64,000 bases of DNA from Balanoglossus misakiensis. Lineage: Eukaryota; Animalia; Hemichordata. The DNA lies in contig CM082586.2 in assembly GCA_040954595.2 (NCBI GenBank), positions 5,318,509 to 5,382,508 on the forward strand, written 5' to 3'. Within the stretch, counting starts at the first letter, position 1, and each line of letters begins with the position of its first letter. A program made the translations under genes and the position numbers. A model generated the notes under the pieces. The model made no database searches and was not told the origin of the DNA. It saw only the letters and a list, made by a program, of their open reading frames with translations. Positions 16,891 to 31,509 of this stretch are shown piece by piece.

Positions 16891-17731
16891 TCGATTGATT
16901 GCCTTTTCTATTTACAAGCAAGGCAAGTCCGGGTAGATTCCGAGGGATTATTTTGCGCGTGTTATTTATTGCTATTAGCTAACAAAACCCCAGTTTTCAG
17001 GATATTTGATCGATTTGTAGATTAATATACAAACTAATGAATATACCTCCGCGTAGTAAACAACAGCTAGTTTCAAGGTTTGAAGTTGGTAGAGTGCCAC
17101 GCGCCCCTATAGAATAATGGTAGAACCTAGAGTAGGCGTTCCAGCTACCGGAATTACACATCGCAGAATATGGGTAGGGCAAGCACTTTCACCATAGAAT
17201 GGTCCCTGCTGTGCTCTTCTGATATTGCGGTCAATTTTTTTAAACGCCAGGTGTCATAAACGCTATCATTCTAGTTTCGGAGATCCATCCTGGACTGGCA
17301 GGTGAGTGCAATTATAGAAGAACAATTAATTTGTGCATTTATGAAGACTTTTTTTTAACGTTAGTAACAGATACATAGCACTGGGCCCTCCCTCGCACCG
17401 TGGTTGATTAAATACGTGAAGGCCAATGCAAAGTGAATACAAATTTATCCGACGACGATTAGAAACTGGGTCGTCCCGCCAAACGATTAAAAACCTCCCT
17501 TTTGTCGGGTGATTGTGATCGTTTCCCGCTCGCCACTTTACATCAACAGGTGTCCGATCACCACGATATCATGGGGCACCAGCTGAACGGAACAATTTTA
17601 TCAAAACTGCCGACTGCACACAGCATGTTATTGTGGATTAAACACAAAGCGTTACTGACCCATCGTGTGCCTTTTTAATATTTACATTTTATAGGCATTG
17701 TTCCTCTCGTGTTGCGGTCAAACAAGAGCAA

Positions 17732-20700
17732 ATGGCGTTATCGGAGGACGTCAAGTGGTCGGACGCTCACTACTCCGTCAGACAGATCATCGAGCACTTT
17801 CGACTGCCCAAAATTGTCAAGGTGACTGGCGGGGTGTATGGGACAGAGGATACGGATACGCTCGCAAACCTACAGGTAAGTTGTTCATTTTAGTAGATCT
17901 GCTCTTCAGACAGCTGCACTGTGTCAGCCCGCGCCGTGTACCAGTGGGTGAAGATCTGGCGCGGGCCACTTTTCTGTAAAAATCTTCCCTACCCATTTTC
18001 GCTGTACAAATGTAGACTAGTATGCTGCCCTTGGCAATCGGGTTTAAACCAATGTGTGTCTTTGTTTTTATCGGCCAAAGGTATGTGGAGAATGCCTCTA
18101 AATAGAAGAATCGGTTGTTCCGTAATTGTACTTATCCAACTATGGCCATCGCAAATTTAAACTGTGTGCGCGTTTGTTAAGAAGTCGAATACGTCATTTG
18201 TTTTGCCAAAGAGTCAAGCCTGAAATTCACGACAACATTGCCGTTACGTAAAGCACCACTCATTATCACATACACACGATACACGCAAGAGTGTGTGGAC
18301 AACTTTACGTCAGCCGCGAGAGACGACCCTTGATGCCCAACAACAAATGCTTTGGTCCCCATTCTCTGATCGCCAGAATGTGCCCATGATTTCGGTGTTT
18401 TTTTTCACGAAATGTTTCCCTATCCTTTGAGTCACACAATCGCCACGCCCTACTCAGCCTCTCTTAGCCCCGCCCAGGTCAGTGAGTCACCACCCCTCAC
18501 TCCCGTGTGTAAGCACATTCACTCATCGACTCTGAGATGTGAGCATTCTTTGCTGAAGAATAACAATAAACACGCACACAAACATTTTAACGAGTGGGCA
18601 CCAAATATAAAATCCTTTGCCCGTCGTTGAAACTGATCACCGTCTGATTACAGCATAGGCAAGAACTTTGACTAAAACTCGGGCTTTGCTCCAACCTCAT
18701 AGGATATCCAGATATTGGGTTTCAAACTAACATAGTAAACCGCGTGAATACAGCATAACAATATACATAACCTGCCAACTTTATTTTTCTATGGTCACTG
18801 TGTATCGAAATCATAATTATGCAAGCCTACATGAGGAACTTTCAGTTAGCGTCAACGGTCGTGATTTGGGCGAAACTATACACATTCAAGAGTTTTTCCG
18901 CACTAAAAGTACTTCGAATAACCGACACGGTGGATTGGCGGCGAGTGCTTATGAATTCAACACAGGTACGAGTGGCCACAGACAGTTAAAGCCTGATTTG
19001 AGATTTCAAGTCTCAAACACTCACGAAAGACTGGTCGCTTTGTTCGCAGTCAATCAATCTCGACCGTGCTATGTCCATCACAGACAACGGAGTTACTCAT
19101 GTACGATGACCGCGCAGATATACAGTACAAAGCACCGTCTTGACGACGTAACAGCAGATGCGGCTAGCATTCAGCTTCGGGTATCTTTTATTAGTTCACC
19201 AGGAGACATCGCCATTTTTTGAACACACAAAAGCGTACTAACTGGCAACCCCGTTCGACATACTCAACTCCTCCCTACGGCCGTGACCTCGGTAAATCGC
19301 GCAATTGTGAGCGCTCGGTCAATGCTGGTCGTCAACATGCATTGACAAGGTTGGTCTAAAAGTGGATTTGTGAAAAAGGGAGACGCATTATATTTAGTTT
19401 TTACGAGATTGTTTTGCTGTCTAACCACCTGTCAATTTTAGATCCCGGTTCATCCTAGTGTTAGAGAACCGCGTGCTTCGATGTCAACCTGTCCCGTGCA
19501 TATATCTGCGTGCGATTGGTACTCAGAGTTCAGTCCGGACTAAACGTACAACAGAATTCGTTATACGTGTATACATGTATGTGGATGGTCAAGGTGACGA
19601 CCTGCTATTGGAGCTAACAGAACTCTGTTTGACGCACAAACTTCAAATTGCATATAATATCTTTTTGTATCTGAAAAAATAGCATATTAAATCAGCCACT
19701 TTCTCATTACTATTTATGTCATTGAGTCACGTGGCAGCTGGCGTAGTAAAGCATGACATGTGTTTGCAGTTCGGAGTCAATATGCATAATATGTACATCA
19801 ATTTAACCAACAATGAAAGGTGACAGCGAGTGCTGGCCCTGGTCCTGGGGCAAAATGACAAATGGTCTTGTTCGACCTGGTTCGGCATCATTGCTCGGTA
19901 GCACCCGGCCATGGAGTGAAAATAAACTGGCGCTTTTGTCGAGACTAGTATACACATGATTGTAATTGATTCAACACAAAGACGGTCTTCTTCGTTTCGC
20001 TCATCGGCCATATCCTCGAAACTGTGTCACTCTGTTTACTAGTATGCCTCTTCGAGCGTTCTCTTTTCAAAACACATTCGACATCGACGTGTCATTTTCC
20101 GTGTAATAAATTCCCGGATAAAAATAGTCACTTGTGAAAACAAAGAGTCTGCGCGTTTTATTCTTTCAAAATAGAGGCCACGCAAATAAAATAATCGATC
20201 CCCAAAGAACGCTATACTTTATCGATAGATTAAAGATCGCCTCAAAACTAAAAGTGTTTACTTAGTCGTACGATTTTGTACGTAACCACGCATGACCGTG
20301 ACGAATACAGACGTTAATACAGAAATGTGTACGTTCTTTTCAAGGAAGTACTGGATGAATATAGGACACAGTACAAAAGCTTATATTGTTAAATGCCCGA
20401 AGGAATTTAGAATCTGAATACAGTGAAAATACTTTAAATAATATCTGTTGTTATTTAAATTATTTAATGAATATTATTGGGGGGGGGGGGTTCTGTATTA
20501 CGGTACGCTATGTATGTCGTATGTCAGTACATATACAAGCATCAATAGAATGTTTCTGTTTATATTGGGGAGTGTTTTGATTAGTGTTTTTTTATACACG
20601 TCTAAGGACAACAGCTGATTTCCCTAAAGACTTGTGCTCAGCTCATGCAATTAAATTTCCCTAGAGAAATAAAATAATTGCAAAGTGTCGTTGTTGCTTT

Positions 20701-23454
20701 TTCAGGTCATTCGAATTCATCAAGTCTACAAGCAGAAGAGGGTGGTAGCAACCGACGAGAGGGGGCGTCATTTCAGCATCCCCCTAGATTATGACATCCC
20801 ATTCGACGTCTTGCCAGCGAAAGGCTCACCAAGTAAGTGGAAGCATATTTGGATTTATCTTTTAGTTGAGTGTTCTTAAATGAAAATATAAGTCGCCCTA
20901 ATAAGTAAAAAGTGGTATATTATCAATGTGACGTCACGCTCACGTCTCCATTTTGGTTTCACGACCATATTGTAAATTGTTATTTTCCGTACCCGTGCTC
21001 AAATTAACATAGGAAATGGGGAATGTCCGCGACCGAAAAAAACAAACTGCTCGCCCGAGTAGACCCGAACTCTGCCCTCGGTGAAACCGATTTATTCAGC
21101 CGTAACCGCAGAAGAATACGGGACATGTTTGAAGCATGACGAAGCACATAGCTCAAAGTTCCGCAGACGATTTTCCACCAACGCATTAGTACCTTTATCC
21201 CCAAGCGTAAAACATTAATGTACGGTTTAGTTCTTCGAGTGTGTGGGATAAAGACTAGAATTTTGCGTAGTCAGGATGGTCATAGAAAAGGGAACTTGTC
21301 ATGGTTCAAACAAACACTTGAGTTTAAGACCTCGCACACATAAGAACTAAACGAGAACGATAGGTCATTGTGTTGTCATTTTTGTCGTTATGTCTGTGTG
21401 TTCATCGTAAACTTCAATGATTGATGAGCTCTTTTGTGGGCCTAAAGGTGGATTAAACAATCGACTTTTCTCTTTAAACTGAGGTCACCAAAGGTGAGGC
21501 ACTACAGGTTGACGATCGTCACAAAAAGAGGACCTGAAGCACTTCGAAGGCTGAAATAAACCATCAACAAATGACGACGCTAATATGCGATGCCATGAAT
21601 GTTGGTATTTCAGTAATTAACGCAATCCACTAGCAGCATTTCCCCGCAAAGCTATTTTGCCTTATTGTTCACGGCGAACTTTTTATCGGGTATTTTATGC
21701 ACTCTCTCTCTAACATTTATCGTCTCCACGGCAGAGCCTGAACCCAAGTACCTTTCCGAGATCGTGCGTGACAGCAACCTCCCAAAGAAAGTGCAATTTT
21801 CAAACCAGATGGAACTCGACGCGTGGTACATCGACAACAACATCAAAGTAGACGCCGACTTCGGTCCCCTGACCCTGACAAAGATCTACGAGGAATCGTA
21901 CTTACACACGAACGCCATCAACGACGGTAAGGCTAATATATTTGTTTTTATTGCGACACACAAAGCTGGGGTTGGTTGGCGCAAACATGTAAATACAAGT
22001 TTTAATATTACTTGTACATTGACCCCGCCACATTTAATTAATCTTCTCGTCAATCAATCATTGCGCATATTGACAGCTATTGTGTTATTGATGATGTTTT
22101 AGTACGCTTTCGCTATCTTTCATTCGTGTTCAATTTTATATAATATGTGAAGGTTGTCAAGCATGCGCAAAACAAAATAAAGACCAAGCGTTAAACATTT
22201 TACATCCAGTTCAGAATGCAACAATGCTGTTTTGCCGAACCAGGCAAAGTACATGTATTGTATTTGCATATGATAAATCAGATATGCAACCTTCACTCAC
22301 TCGTAATGTCATCCGATTTGTGAAAGATTGTGCGAGTTTTCACACAGACGAGAAATATTTTGTCTCGCACACACACAAGTCCCGAATTCTGTATTCGCCA
22401 CTGGTGATTCCATGATGGTGACTAGAGAAGCTTGCCCGTCGAACGACAATTCATTGTTTCCATTCTGAAGCCTAACGAAATAACTGTCGATCAACAGGTG
22501 TCCTGGACGGGGAGATCATCCTGATCCCTGCCTTTATCAAGTCAGTGTTCAGTATTGCCGAGGGATTGCGAAGTGGCGGCGACGAGGAATGGGCAGAAAT
22601 CCGACAACGATATGACGTCATAGTTCAACAAAAAGTCGATTTCAGCTCAGAAACAGGGAATAGGGGTAAGAATTTATCATTCGATACTAAACCGATGGAT
22701 GAAGGTGATTTTATTGATACATACATTTTGTTGCAAATCGTCAAAGTAAGCCCATTATATAAAGCTGAATTTTGTTTATATTGATATAGATATTTCAGTG
22801 TATCTGCCAAGCGCATTGGAAGGCAATCGCCAAGACTACGCCAACACCGCACCAAGCCAAAGTCTGCGCATACGATCGCGCAAATCTCGTTTGTATGAAA
22901 ACAATTTGAATAGCGTTGAGGAGAAACCACAGATGGAATACAAGAAGGAAGTCAACCCTCAGCTGGCCCAGAGACCTCTACCGCCCTCACCGTCAAAGCC
23001 AGCGGCCCCTCAACCTCGGACTGCAAGGCCGCTGTATAATTTCGACGCAGACGACAAGGTCAAACTGGTCAAACAGGAGCCTCGGAAGGAGATCCCGAAA
23101 AACGACTTCGGAAAAAAGAAGAAGGCGTCGAAAACACCCGAAAAGGAGGAGAAGAACAGACTAGGACCGAAAAAGGGCGGCAAAGGCGAAAAGAAATTCA
23201 AAACTTTGCACGAGGTGCCGTCGGATTTGACCAAACTCTCCGTCGGACAGGTCTGCAATCTTCTGAGACTTCTGGACTTGGAGTCGCTTGTCAGTGTGTT
23301 TGAAGAGAGAGAAATCGACGGGTATGCCCTGAAACAACTAACTGTCAATCAACTGACGGACAAAATGGGCGTGGCTAAAGTAGACGCCATGACTCTCACG
23401 GTATTCGTCATGGAAAATCACAAAGAGAAGAAGAAGTTTTCTCTCTTCCGATGA
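17732..23454 (+). CDS. CABIT-Pro-rich-SAM adaptor B (GAREM-like, ~431 aa)
   Basis: Exons 17732-17875, 20706-20832, 21735-21926, 22498-22665, 22790-23454. CABIT is colinear with gene A. Tail has YAN, RPLPPSP, a Lys-rich patch and a SAM (LSVGQVCNLLRLLDLESLVSVFEEREIDGYALKQL). Confidence 0.85.
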
Positions 23455-24335
23455 CGTTTCTACCATGTGATATCATTTGAACCTCGACAGTTATGTTGAG
23501 ATATACGTGTTGTGTCAGTGTCATTTTCAGCCGACGACTGGCACATCTGCTACAATCAGAGTATACTTGGAGAATCGACCAATATTGCAATCGTTTTTGT
23601 CGCCAATTGACAATGATCAGCAAAGACTATTTTTTAACTTTTTTGGAAAATGCATATTTTTTATTATCGATCGGCCACGCACGCCCTCCTCACACAGTCA
23701 CAGTCCTTCCTTTGAAGGATTCAAGTCACCTTGAATTGCGAACAACAACAGTGGCTTTGTCTCAAAGTGCTAAGAGGGCGTGGCGTGTGAGCGATTGGTG
23801 GACATGATTATTGTTTAACCCATATATTGCGTCACATACATGTCATCACAGTATTATGCTGCATTCTACATTACTGCTATCGATAAAATCAGACAACTCT
23901 ATGAAATTATTACAACTCAGCATTATAGTATGGTATAGATCTAAATAATATTAATATACATGTAATATAATATACTGAAGATAAAGTGGCATATGTTGGA
24001 GAGATATTTTTAATCATTGATTACTGTTTTTTAAACAAAATTTCAGAATGGGTCACTTGCCAACTTATGAAATTAACTATGGGTATAACTTAGGTGTGCT
24101 GTTAAGTTTAATTCAGTATTACACATCAAACAGTATCAAAGATAATCAGAATTATAATATCGCAATCATTCCCTTTTTATGTGACATTATTATTGTACGA
24201 ACAATTTTACGTCCATTGCATATAAACAGATTTATATTGATATATTAAAATATGTAATTAAGAAGGACTTTAGTGTGTGTTTTGCTATATCCTTGCTATA
24301 TACTACTCTATCTCTGCATGCGATTTTAATCCGAG

Positions 24336-24336
<1 letters not shown>

Positions 24337-24384
<48 letters not shown>

Positions 24385-24395
24385 GCCTGCCTGCC
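24337..24395. repeat. (TGTC)n/(TGCC)n microsatellite
   Basis: Directly visible tetranucleotide repeat. Confidence 0.95.
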
Positions 24396-24588
24396 TATTG
24401 GGTTTGACCGTGTGAAATGTCGTCTTTCTTTGATGTATGTCTTTTAGGACTACATCTTGCCCACCATTCAATGCTGATAGAATGCATATGGGACCGTCAC
24501 AGTGCTAGGACTGAGAAGCTGGTGACGAAATGCCCTTTCGGCCTATAGATGGCGTCCTATCGATTTCTTTAATAACAACGTGCGATTA

Positions 24589-25329
24589 GGGAGCATTCGT
24601 TTTTTACAGGGAGGGGGGGGCCGGTGGAATTTGAGTCGCCGACTAAATGTAAAAGGCAACCCCCCCTGGAAATTACTTTTCTAAAATGTGACCCCCCCCC
24701 CCAAAAAAAAAAAAAAAAAGTTTATCCACCGGATTAAACTTATATCATGGACACAGCGCTCCCATGAAAAGAATTTGAAACTGATGTTTCCCCTCATCAG
24801 TGGGTAGTAAAACTGAACATTGTTTTTATTTTTTAAGTATTTGTATTCTGTGTTGGGAGACATTGTAAACCGAGAATTGAAGGGGGTGGGTTTGGGAGGG
24901 GGTGTCCCCCTCCCACGTAAGAAAATTTTATAAAATACAGAGCTCAAAGCTGCATTTTAATGAACCCAGCAAAAGCAAATTAACGTCGCTGCTCAAAGTT
25001 ATCATGGGGTGGGGACAAGTCCCCTGACCTGGGACACTAGATAAACCAGTCAATGATTGAAAGGTGTTGATGAATGGAGGGGGTGGGTGTGGGAGGGGGT
25101 GTCCCCCTCCCACATTAGAAAATTTTGTAAAATAAAGGACGCGAAACTGCATTTTTGTGGACTCAAAATAAATATTTAGCCGTCAAAGTTTTCAAGTCCC
25201 CCCCTTTCAGTCCCTATATAATAATCCCTTGATTATAAAATTTGTCCCCCCCTAAAAACTGCTTTGTAAAAGTAAACCCCCCCCTGATTTCCACCGGCCC
25301 CCCCCTCCCTGTAAAAAACGAATGCTCCC
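24589..25329. mobile_element. Non-autonomous PIF/Harbinger-like DNA element (MITE, 741 bp)
   Basis: ~40 bp TIRs (GGGAGCATTCGTTTTTTACAGGGAGGGGGGGCCGGTGGAA and its complement ending 25329), TTA on both sides, internal direct repeats near 24880 and 25080, no transposase. Confidence 0.85.
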
Positions 25330-26567
25330 TTACATGTTTCTGTACACAGATGGAGACAATAGGCAAAAGGCGTTGGCCGCTCCTTTCTCTCGCTCTGACA
25401 CCGCAAACCTAATTTGAATGTCAATTCCTAACATAACTCGACATCGCGGCTGACTCCGCCGGGCACAGGTCGGATTCGTCGGCGGAATTCGCACGTTGGC
25501 CAACGGCTGTCACGGTAACCCCGACGTAAGAACACACCTGGTCAATGGTCAGGTGCTGTGGCTACAAGGTAAGTTTATGGTAATCTCCATGTCCCATTGA
25601 TTAACAGGTGGATTTTATCCTCGATTGGGTGGAGTGTGGATGTATTAAGCGTGTTTACTTTATAATCCCACTTCCACTGTAAAAGCTTCAAGTTGTAACT
25701 AAAGATCACGTTGAAACTAATCCGTCATATATGGCTAGTAATCATGATGGCATTGCGCTATATTATGACAATCTGGAAATTTCAACTGAGGATGACAGCC
25801 CCCGACACATTACCGAAAGTTGAATTGTTTTCATTTTGCAAATAAGTGACGTAACCGCGCCATTACATGTATCTCGAATTTACCGTGCAGTGGACAAATG
25901 GTCTAGGCACTGGGGTAAACTTTCGCACTCACTACATTTAATTCAGGAAAATATGAGTATTGGTAGCAATGCAGGGCACAGCAAGGCTCTGGGATTGCAC
26001 GCCCTAGAAAGCCAGCAGAGCAGACCGGATCGATTGTCAAGACCTAGTGTTGTGCAGTGCGTTCAATTGTTCGGGGCATTTCTCCTTCGCCTTTGAAAGG
26101 GGCATCAATTTCATTCAGAGGTCATGAATTGTTTCTCATTTCTGACAAGCGCCTTTCAACAAATGGAATGACAATTTCCAGTCAATATGTGTTCACGCAA
26201 ATAAACCAGTATAAATATTTGTGATGGCGATGCGTCCGCTGTCAACACTCGAACAATATCACAGTATATATTCCACTGACGCGTCCATATTTTAATGTTG
26301 ATTCATGCGTTAGGCTGTGAGGACAATATGGACCGCTCTGAGTTGGAATACAGAACGATTCGAAAACAAATACAAGTAGGTGTGCGTGTTCAAGAATGAA
26401 ACCGTACATTGTCAACATCATTACCAAATACTGAGTGCGGCGTGTGAGATTTAACTGTGGAGTGGCCGTGATGAAACAGACAATGACCGATTATAAACAC
26501 ACTTATTATTCTGATCTGTACAGCTTTCCGGCTGCCCGAGGTGACGTAACACGATCCGCTATTCACC

Positions 26568-29459
26568 ATGGCTAAGGTCGAGGATATTGCATGGTCGTCA
26601 CGGTCCTATGAACTGCGAGAGCTGATCAAAGATTGCACATTTCCCGTGTTGGTGAAAGTGATAACGGGTTACTGTGCCAGTAATGAAGTCGACAGTCTTG
26701 CTAATGGACAGGTGGGTCTGATAGTCACATCATGAGAAAATGTCGTATGAAAATCAAATATTTTTTTCTGGCGGGTGCATCTTCTAATGAGATAGGGGCT
26801 GTTCAATTGATATTCCACGCATATATCAATTATCGCTCCGGGGATTCATAAATAAATGCAAAAAATCGGTGCACCCATTTAAGTTTATTGAAGCGAAGTG
26901 AAGGGAATTTGTACCCTCTCGTGAACTTGGAGTGTCGGCAATGCTTACACTGTGTCGACATTTAGGAGAAACTTGCCATAGCATTGCACCACTGTTGTTT
27001 TATCTCTACAGGTGCTGAGAATTCATCGCATACAGCGCCAACCGAGAGTGATCACCGTCGACAAAAGAGGACGCAATTTCAGCATACCCGTGAAATTCAC
27101 GTTCAGCAAATTCGACATACTCCGAGGAGACTATGCTGGTAAAATTATTCAATCAATTTACAAACCCCGTTCCCAAAGTTCTGTTCTGTCAGTACATTCT
27201 GATGTAGAGGTACTTCGGAATGATATACGTGCGATCACAGAAACGGAATTTAATTATAGAACCCATTCCAATATTGCTGCTTTAAGTTTTATTTAATTTT
27301 CTTCGCTCTGATATGAAAAATTCCTGCTGCATGAGTAAACATACAAGTTAATTCCATCGTGAGTGCTTTTAAGTAATTGGCAATTAGACGTAGTTGGCTA
27401 TTGACGTCACAATAGTAACATAAGAGCTATGTACCCACTTCTAGGCTTGCTTATATTTCATAGCCTGAAATATCGCTTGGAAATATTATTAACATCTAAA
27501 AGACATACCGTTTGCTTTGCTGTCTGGTAGAATAGTGCTACGAACCGCTCGCGTTTACTATTATGTAATCGTTCGCACTTCTCTGATATAACTCTACCGC
27601 TGCTATTGGGCGACCTCGTAAATTGGATAAGCGCTTTTGTCTTCTTTACATCAGAGGGAGAGCCCAGGTACTTGTGGGAAATCATCGAGAGAAATATGCT
27701 TCCGGTTGACGTGCAGTTTGCTTCCAACGACAACCTGATCTTCAGCCTGCAGTACATCGACGATGCAGTCAAACTTGGGGATAACTTCGGCAGGTTGACG
27801 CTGACCACCCTCTACGACGAGAGCTATCTACAAGGCAATGCAATAAATGACGGTAGGAATTTGGTTGTTGACCTGGAGACCGTGCGCAAAAACTCAGAAA
27901 TAAGATCACGTCAATAACCACCTGTTGCATGGAGCGCCCGCGGACGATAACTTTTCAGACTAACTTTGTTTGTGATGTTGCATTCTTAACAGGAAAATGT
28001 CTGCTTGTAAACACAGGTGCTCTAGACAAGACGGTCATCAACATACCGATGCATACGAAGCTCAATGTTGTCGTCGCTCAAGGGTTGAAACGGGGGAGCC
28101 CGGAACGATGGAATAGAATGTGTGCAATGCTTGACAGTGCCGTTAAAAAGAAAGTCGACTTCAAGAGCTCCCCTGGAAACCTTGGTGAGTGAATACTATT
28201 GGTCATTTGCGCATAGTCCAATTCAAGATTTAATATCGAGAATTTCGATTCGATGTTACTTAGACGATTTCATCAATCACACCAAAACCACATCTTTCCT
28301 GTCTTTTCCAGACATTTCCCTGTTTTCACAACGCAATCTGGACGCAACCGAACAACATCACTACGAAGAACTCGAGCCGCACGGAACGCTGACGATCAGA
28401 TCGCGGACGAGCGGCACGAGGACGCTGAAGGAAAAGCCGGCGAGTCCGCCAAAATTACCCGAAAGACCGGCGAGTTTCAGAAAGTCAAAAGAGGGTTTGC
28501 GTGTGAATGCGCCCTCACAAGAGAATGTCGTGAGTTTGTCCCCGGCGACGGTTGAGGAGATGAACGTGCCGGGGAAGTACAACATTTACACCGCTGGACC
28601 GTTTCGTCGAACCGGGCGACCTGCATCATTTTCAGCGGCCACGGCAGTATCGAGCGGGATTCACCCCGACGCTGCAGAACCCGAGAAAGGCGACCCGGTT
28701 TTGCCAAGAAAACAGAAGGAAGCGAAAACGGCAGACCAGGGTATTAAACCACGACCGACGCAAAGTTTAAGAGTTCGCAAGAAGGTGTCGTTCATTTTAG
28801 ACGACATCCCGAACATTGAGCCAGACGTGTCGGCTCTTCCGTTCTCTATCCCACCTCCCGATTACGACATGGATTCGACCGATAGGCGAATGATTGACAG
28901 TAATTCCCACCTGGGAATGGGTGGCCAATCGGGAAACCCGGAGAGTCGGTGGAATTCTGACGTTCCCGATGGAGAGTATTTATACGCAACGCCGTTTCAA
29001 GCTCAAACTGCCAATCAAGGACACGTGAAGGAACCTACAAGAAGCTCCCAAACGACAACTTCTCTCAACAACAACGAAGAAAACGGACCGGACATGTCTC
29101 GATTGATGTCAGAACTTCAGCAGGCGCAGAAGAAGCTCAGGAAAGTTTCACTCACATCGCCCGGCGATTCTAAAAACGGACCGACGGCAGGGGCGGACAG
29201 CGAGTATCCTTCATTGCCGCGGAAATACAAATCATTGTCGCAGGTACCCAGCGCGTTGGATACACTGACTGTGCAGGACGTTTGCGAGTGTCTGATCCTG
29301 CTAAACATGGAAAATTACACCGGCAAGTTCAGGTCAAATTTAGTCGACGGGGAAATGCTGATGTACATGGACACGGAAATGATGACGGAAGGTCTTGCAA
29401 TGACCACAGTGGACGCTAAACGCTTGCAAAAATTCACAGAGGGGTGGCGACCAAAATAA
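26568..29459 (+). CDS. CABIT-SAM adaptor C (GAREM-like, ~594 aa) with a WH2-like motif
   Basis: Exons 26568-26711, 27012-27138, 27655-27852, 28017-28184, 28312-29459. Tail has YEEL, PPKLPERP, PPPDY, LMSELQQAQKKLRKVS and a SAM ending GWRPK, as in GAREM. Confidence 0.85.
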
Positions 29460-31509
29460 TCACCATTTATCGTCAGCAGACGCAGTTTGGCACAAATTTA
29501 CAAAATGGTTAAAGAATTGAAATAAATAATGACACACACTGCAGACAAATCACTGAAGTTAGAGATTTTGAATATTTTGGAGTTTTTATTTTACTGTACT
29601 GCCAAATCAGACATATCTTTCACGTTCAGTGGATTATCTTGATATAAAGCTATGTTGTCTCCGAAATAGTCAAACCTTTATTAATCTATCAATTATTATA
29701 TTGTCCTCACACGGGGCCATGGTACTTGAGCACAATTAAAAAATCACATTACAAACGATTATTGTTGTCTTTTGTTCAGTCATTTTTTCCCTGTATTTAA
29801 AGCCCTGGTCCCGAAAAATTACCTTTCTCAAACAAGATGACGTTTTGGTCAGTATTTGACGTAAGAATCCTTTTGCACCAGGTGTATATCCTATCAAACG
29901 ACAATACGTGTACTAAAATCGACATTTTCGGGTTTCTGAACACAGTGAGTTACACAACGGACACCGAAACTGACGAGTAAACGCTTGAGTTACCAGAGAT
30001 ACTAGGTCAATGTTCTCTCTCTGACTCTCTCTGTCTCTCTCTCTGTCTCTCAGGCTCTCTCTCTCTCCCTCCCCTCTCTCTTACGGAGATAATTTGTGAC
30101 ATCATGCCAAGAAAGTTGTAACTGATGTACGGGACAGTCAGTCATCGGGTGATAGCGCGGGGTGATGGAGCCGTTAGCTTACTGAATATTACCTGCGTGC
30201 TTGTGAACTTTTGAACTATCATAGTGGTTACCATACCAACGGTAACTGTCAAGGGTGTAGTATTATGTTAAACGCACGAGTGTGGCATGCACGGAAACTA
30301 CATTGTGAACTTTCACCTTACCATAGCCAATACTTGATATACAGCAGTCATTTGTCTGCTGCCACTGAATAAGTCGAACATTGTGGTGGGGAACGAGGAT
30401 TATAGTCACCTTCGGCCTTAACTCCAATGGCCGAACCCTCTATACGAAAACAAAGTCGTTTCCGTGTGATCCAGCCGTTTAAGTATTAACATTACAATTA
30501 GTTGTAAGGTCAGTAAGGGAACACATGCTTGAACAGAACTGGCGTATTTTTATTGTGGGGTCGGTTGTAGGCGAAGTTTAAGCAACATAAGTGAGACGCA
30601 GGTTGGTTTCTACAGTCTGTCGACACTCGGTGCTGTTGAGAAAAGGTATGTTAAACATTACAAACTATGTAATCATTGCACATACCTGTACATATTAATA
30701 ACACACTATTTTGACAATGTGCGGGAGTTGGATTTCGGGCATATAGGCGGTGCCGACTCGACTCGCTACCTATATTGTGGTCTTTAGATTTTCAGTTTAA
30801 CGACTTGGGCGATTGAAGTGTTTGTGTGTACGTGTCTGTAGAGTTGAGCCTTTTCTTCATTCAACAATCCGCTGCTTCGTTCCCGGAATGTGACCCCCCT
30901 TAATCTAGTTTGTGGCATATAGTCGAGGCATGGGGGAGATTTTACCTTGATCTGACTTGTACTGCATGACAAATATGTCGGATTTAATTCTTCGGTGTGT
31001 TTTTATGCTACTCATGAATACGTACACACAAACCATTGGTTTGAGGGTACAAGTCTGTTATATAGCTTTTAGTACCTCGCAAACACTCAGTTGTTTTATG
31101 GTATGTTGCACCCACCCCGGCACCGACCTCATACGCAGTAAGCGGGAGGCCATGCTACATTGCCCCCAGACTCTTTGAGTCAACAACTTCAGTTTTATGC
31201 AACAGGAATTTAAAGGCGCAATAAAACTTTATTTTAATTAGCATACGTCGTGCAGTTCCACACGATTTCAGAAGGTTATTGCGTCTTCGCTAAAATACGG
31301 TCACCTGACAGGTGAATAATTAGCAAAGCTGAGTAATTTAATATGGACCTACGATGAGAATGGGTCACCAGATGATATATGTAATTGTTTGGCCACCTGG
31401 AAATAAGAAACACCCTGATACATGATGTTCGACTTGTTTGAAAAAAAATCAACTTTCAGACACAGAAACCTATGTGTTGGATTAATGGGTGCACGTTTTA
31501 CTTTCAAAG

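Noticed and set aside
18791-19222. 143-aa ORF in intron 1 of CABIT gene B
   Set aside because: No domain signature or splice support; probably chance or repeat-derived.
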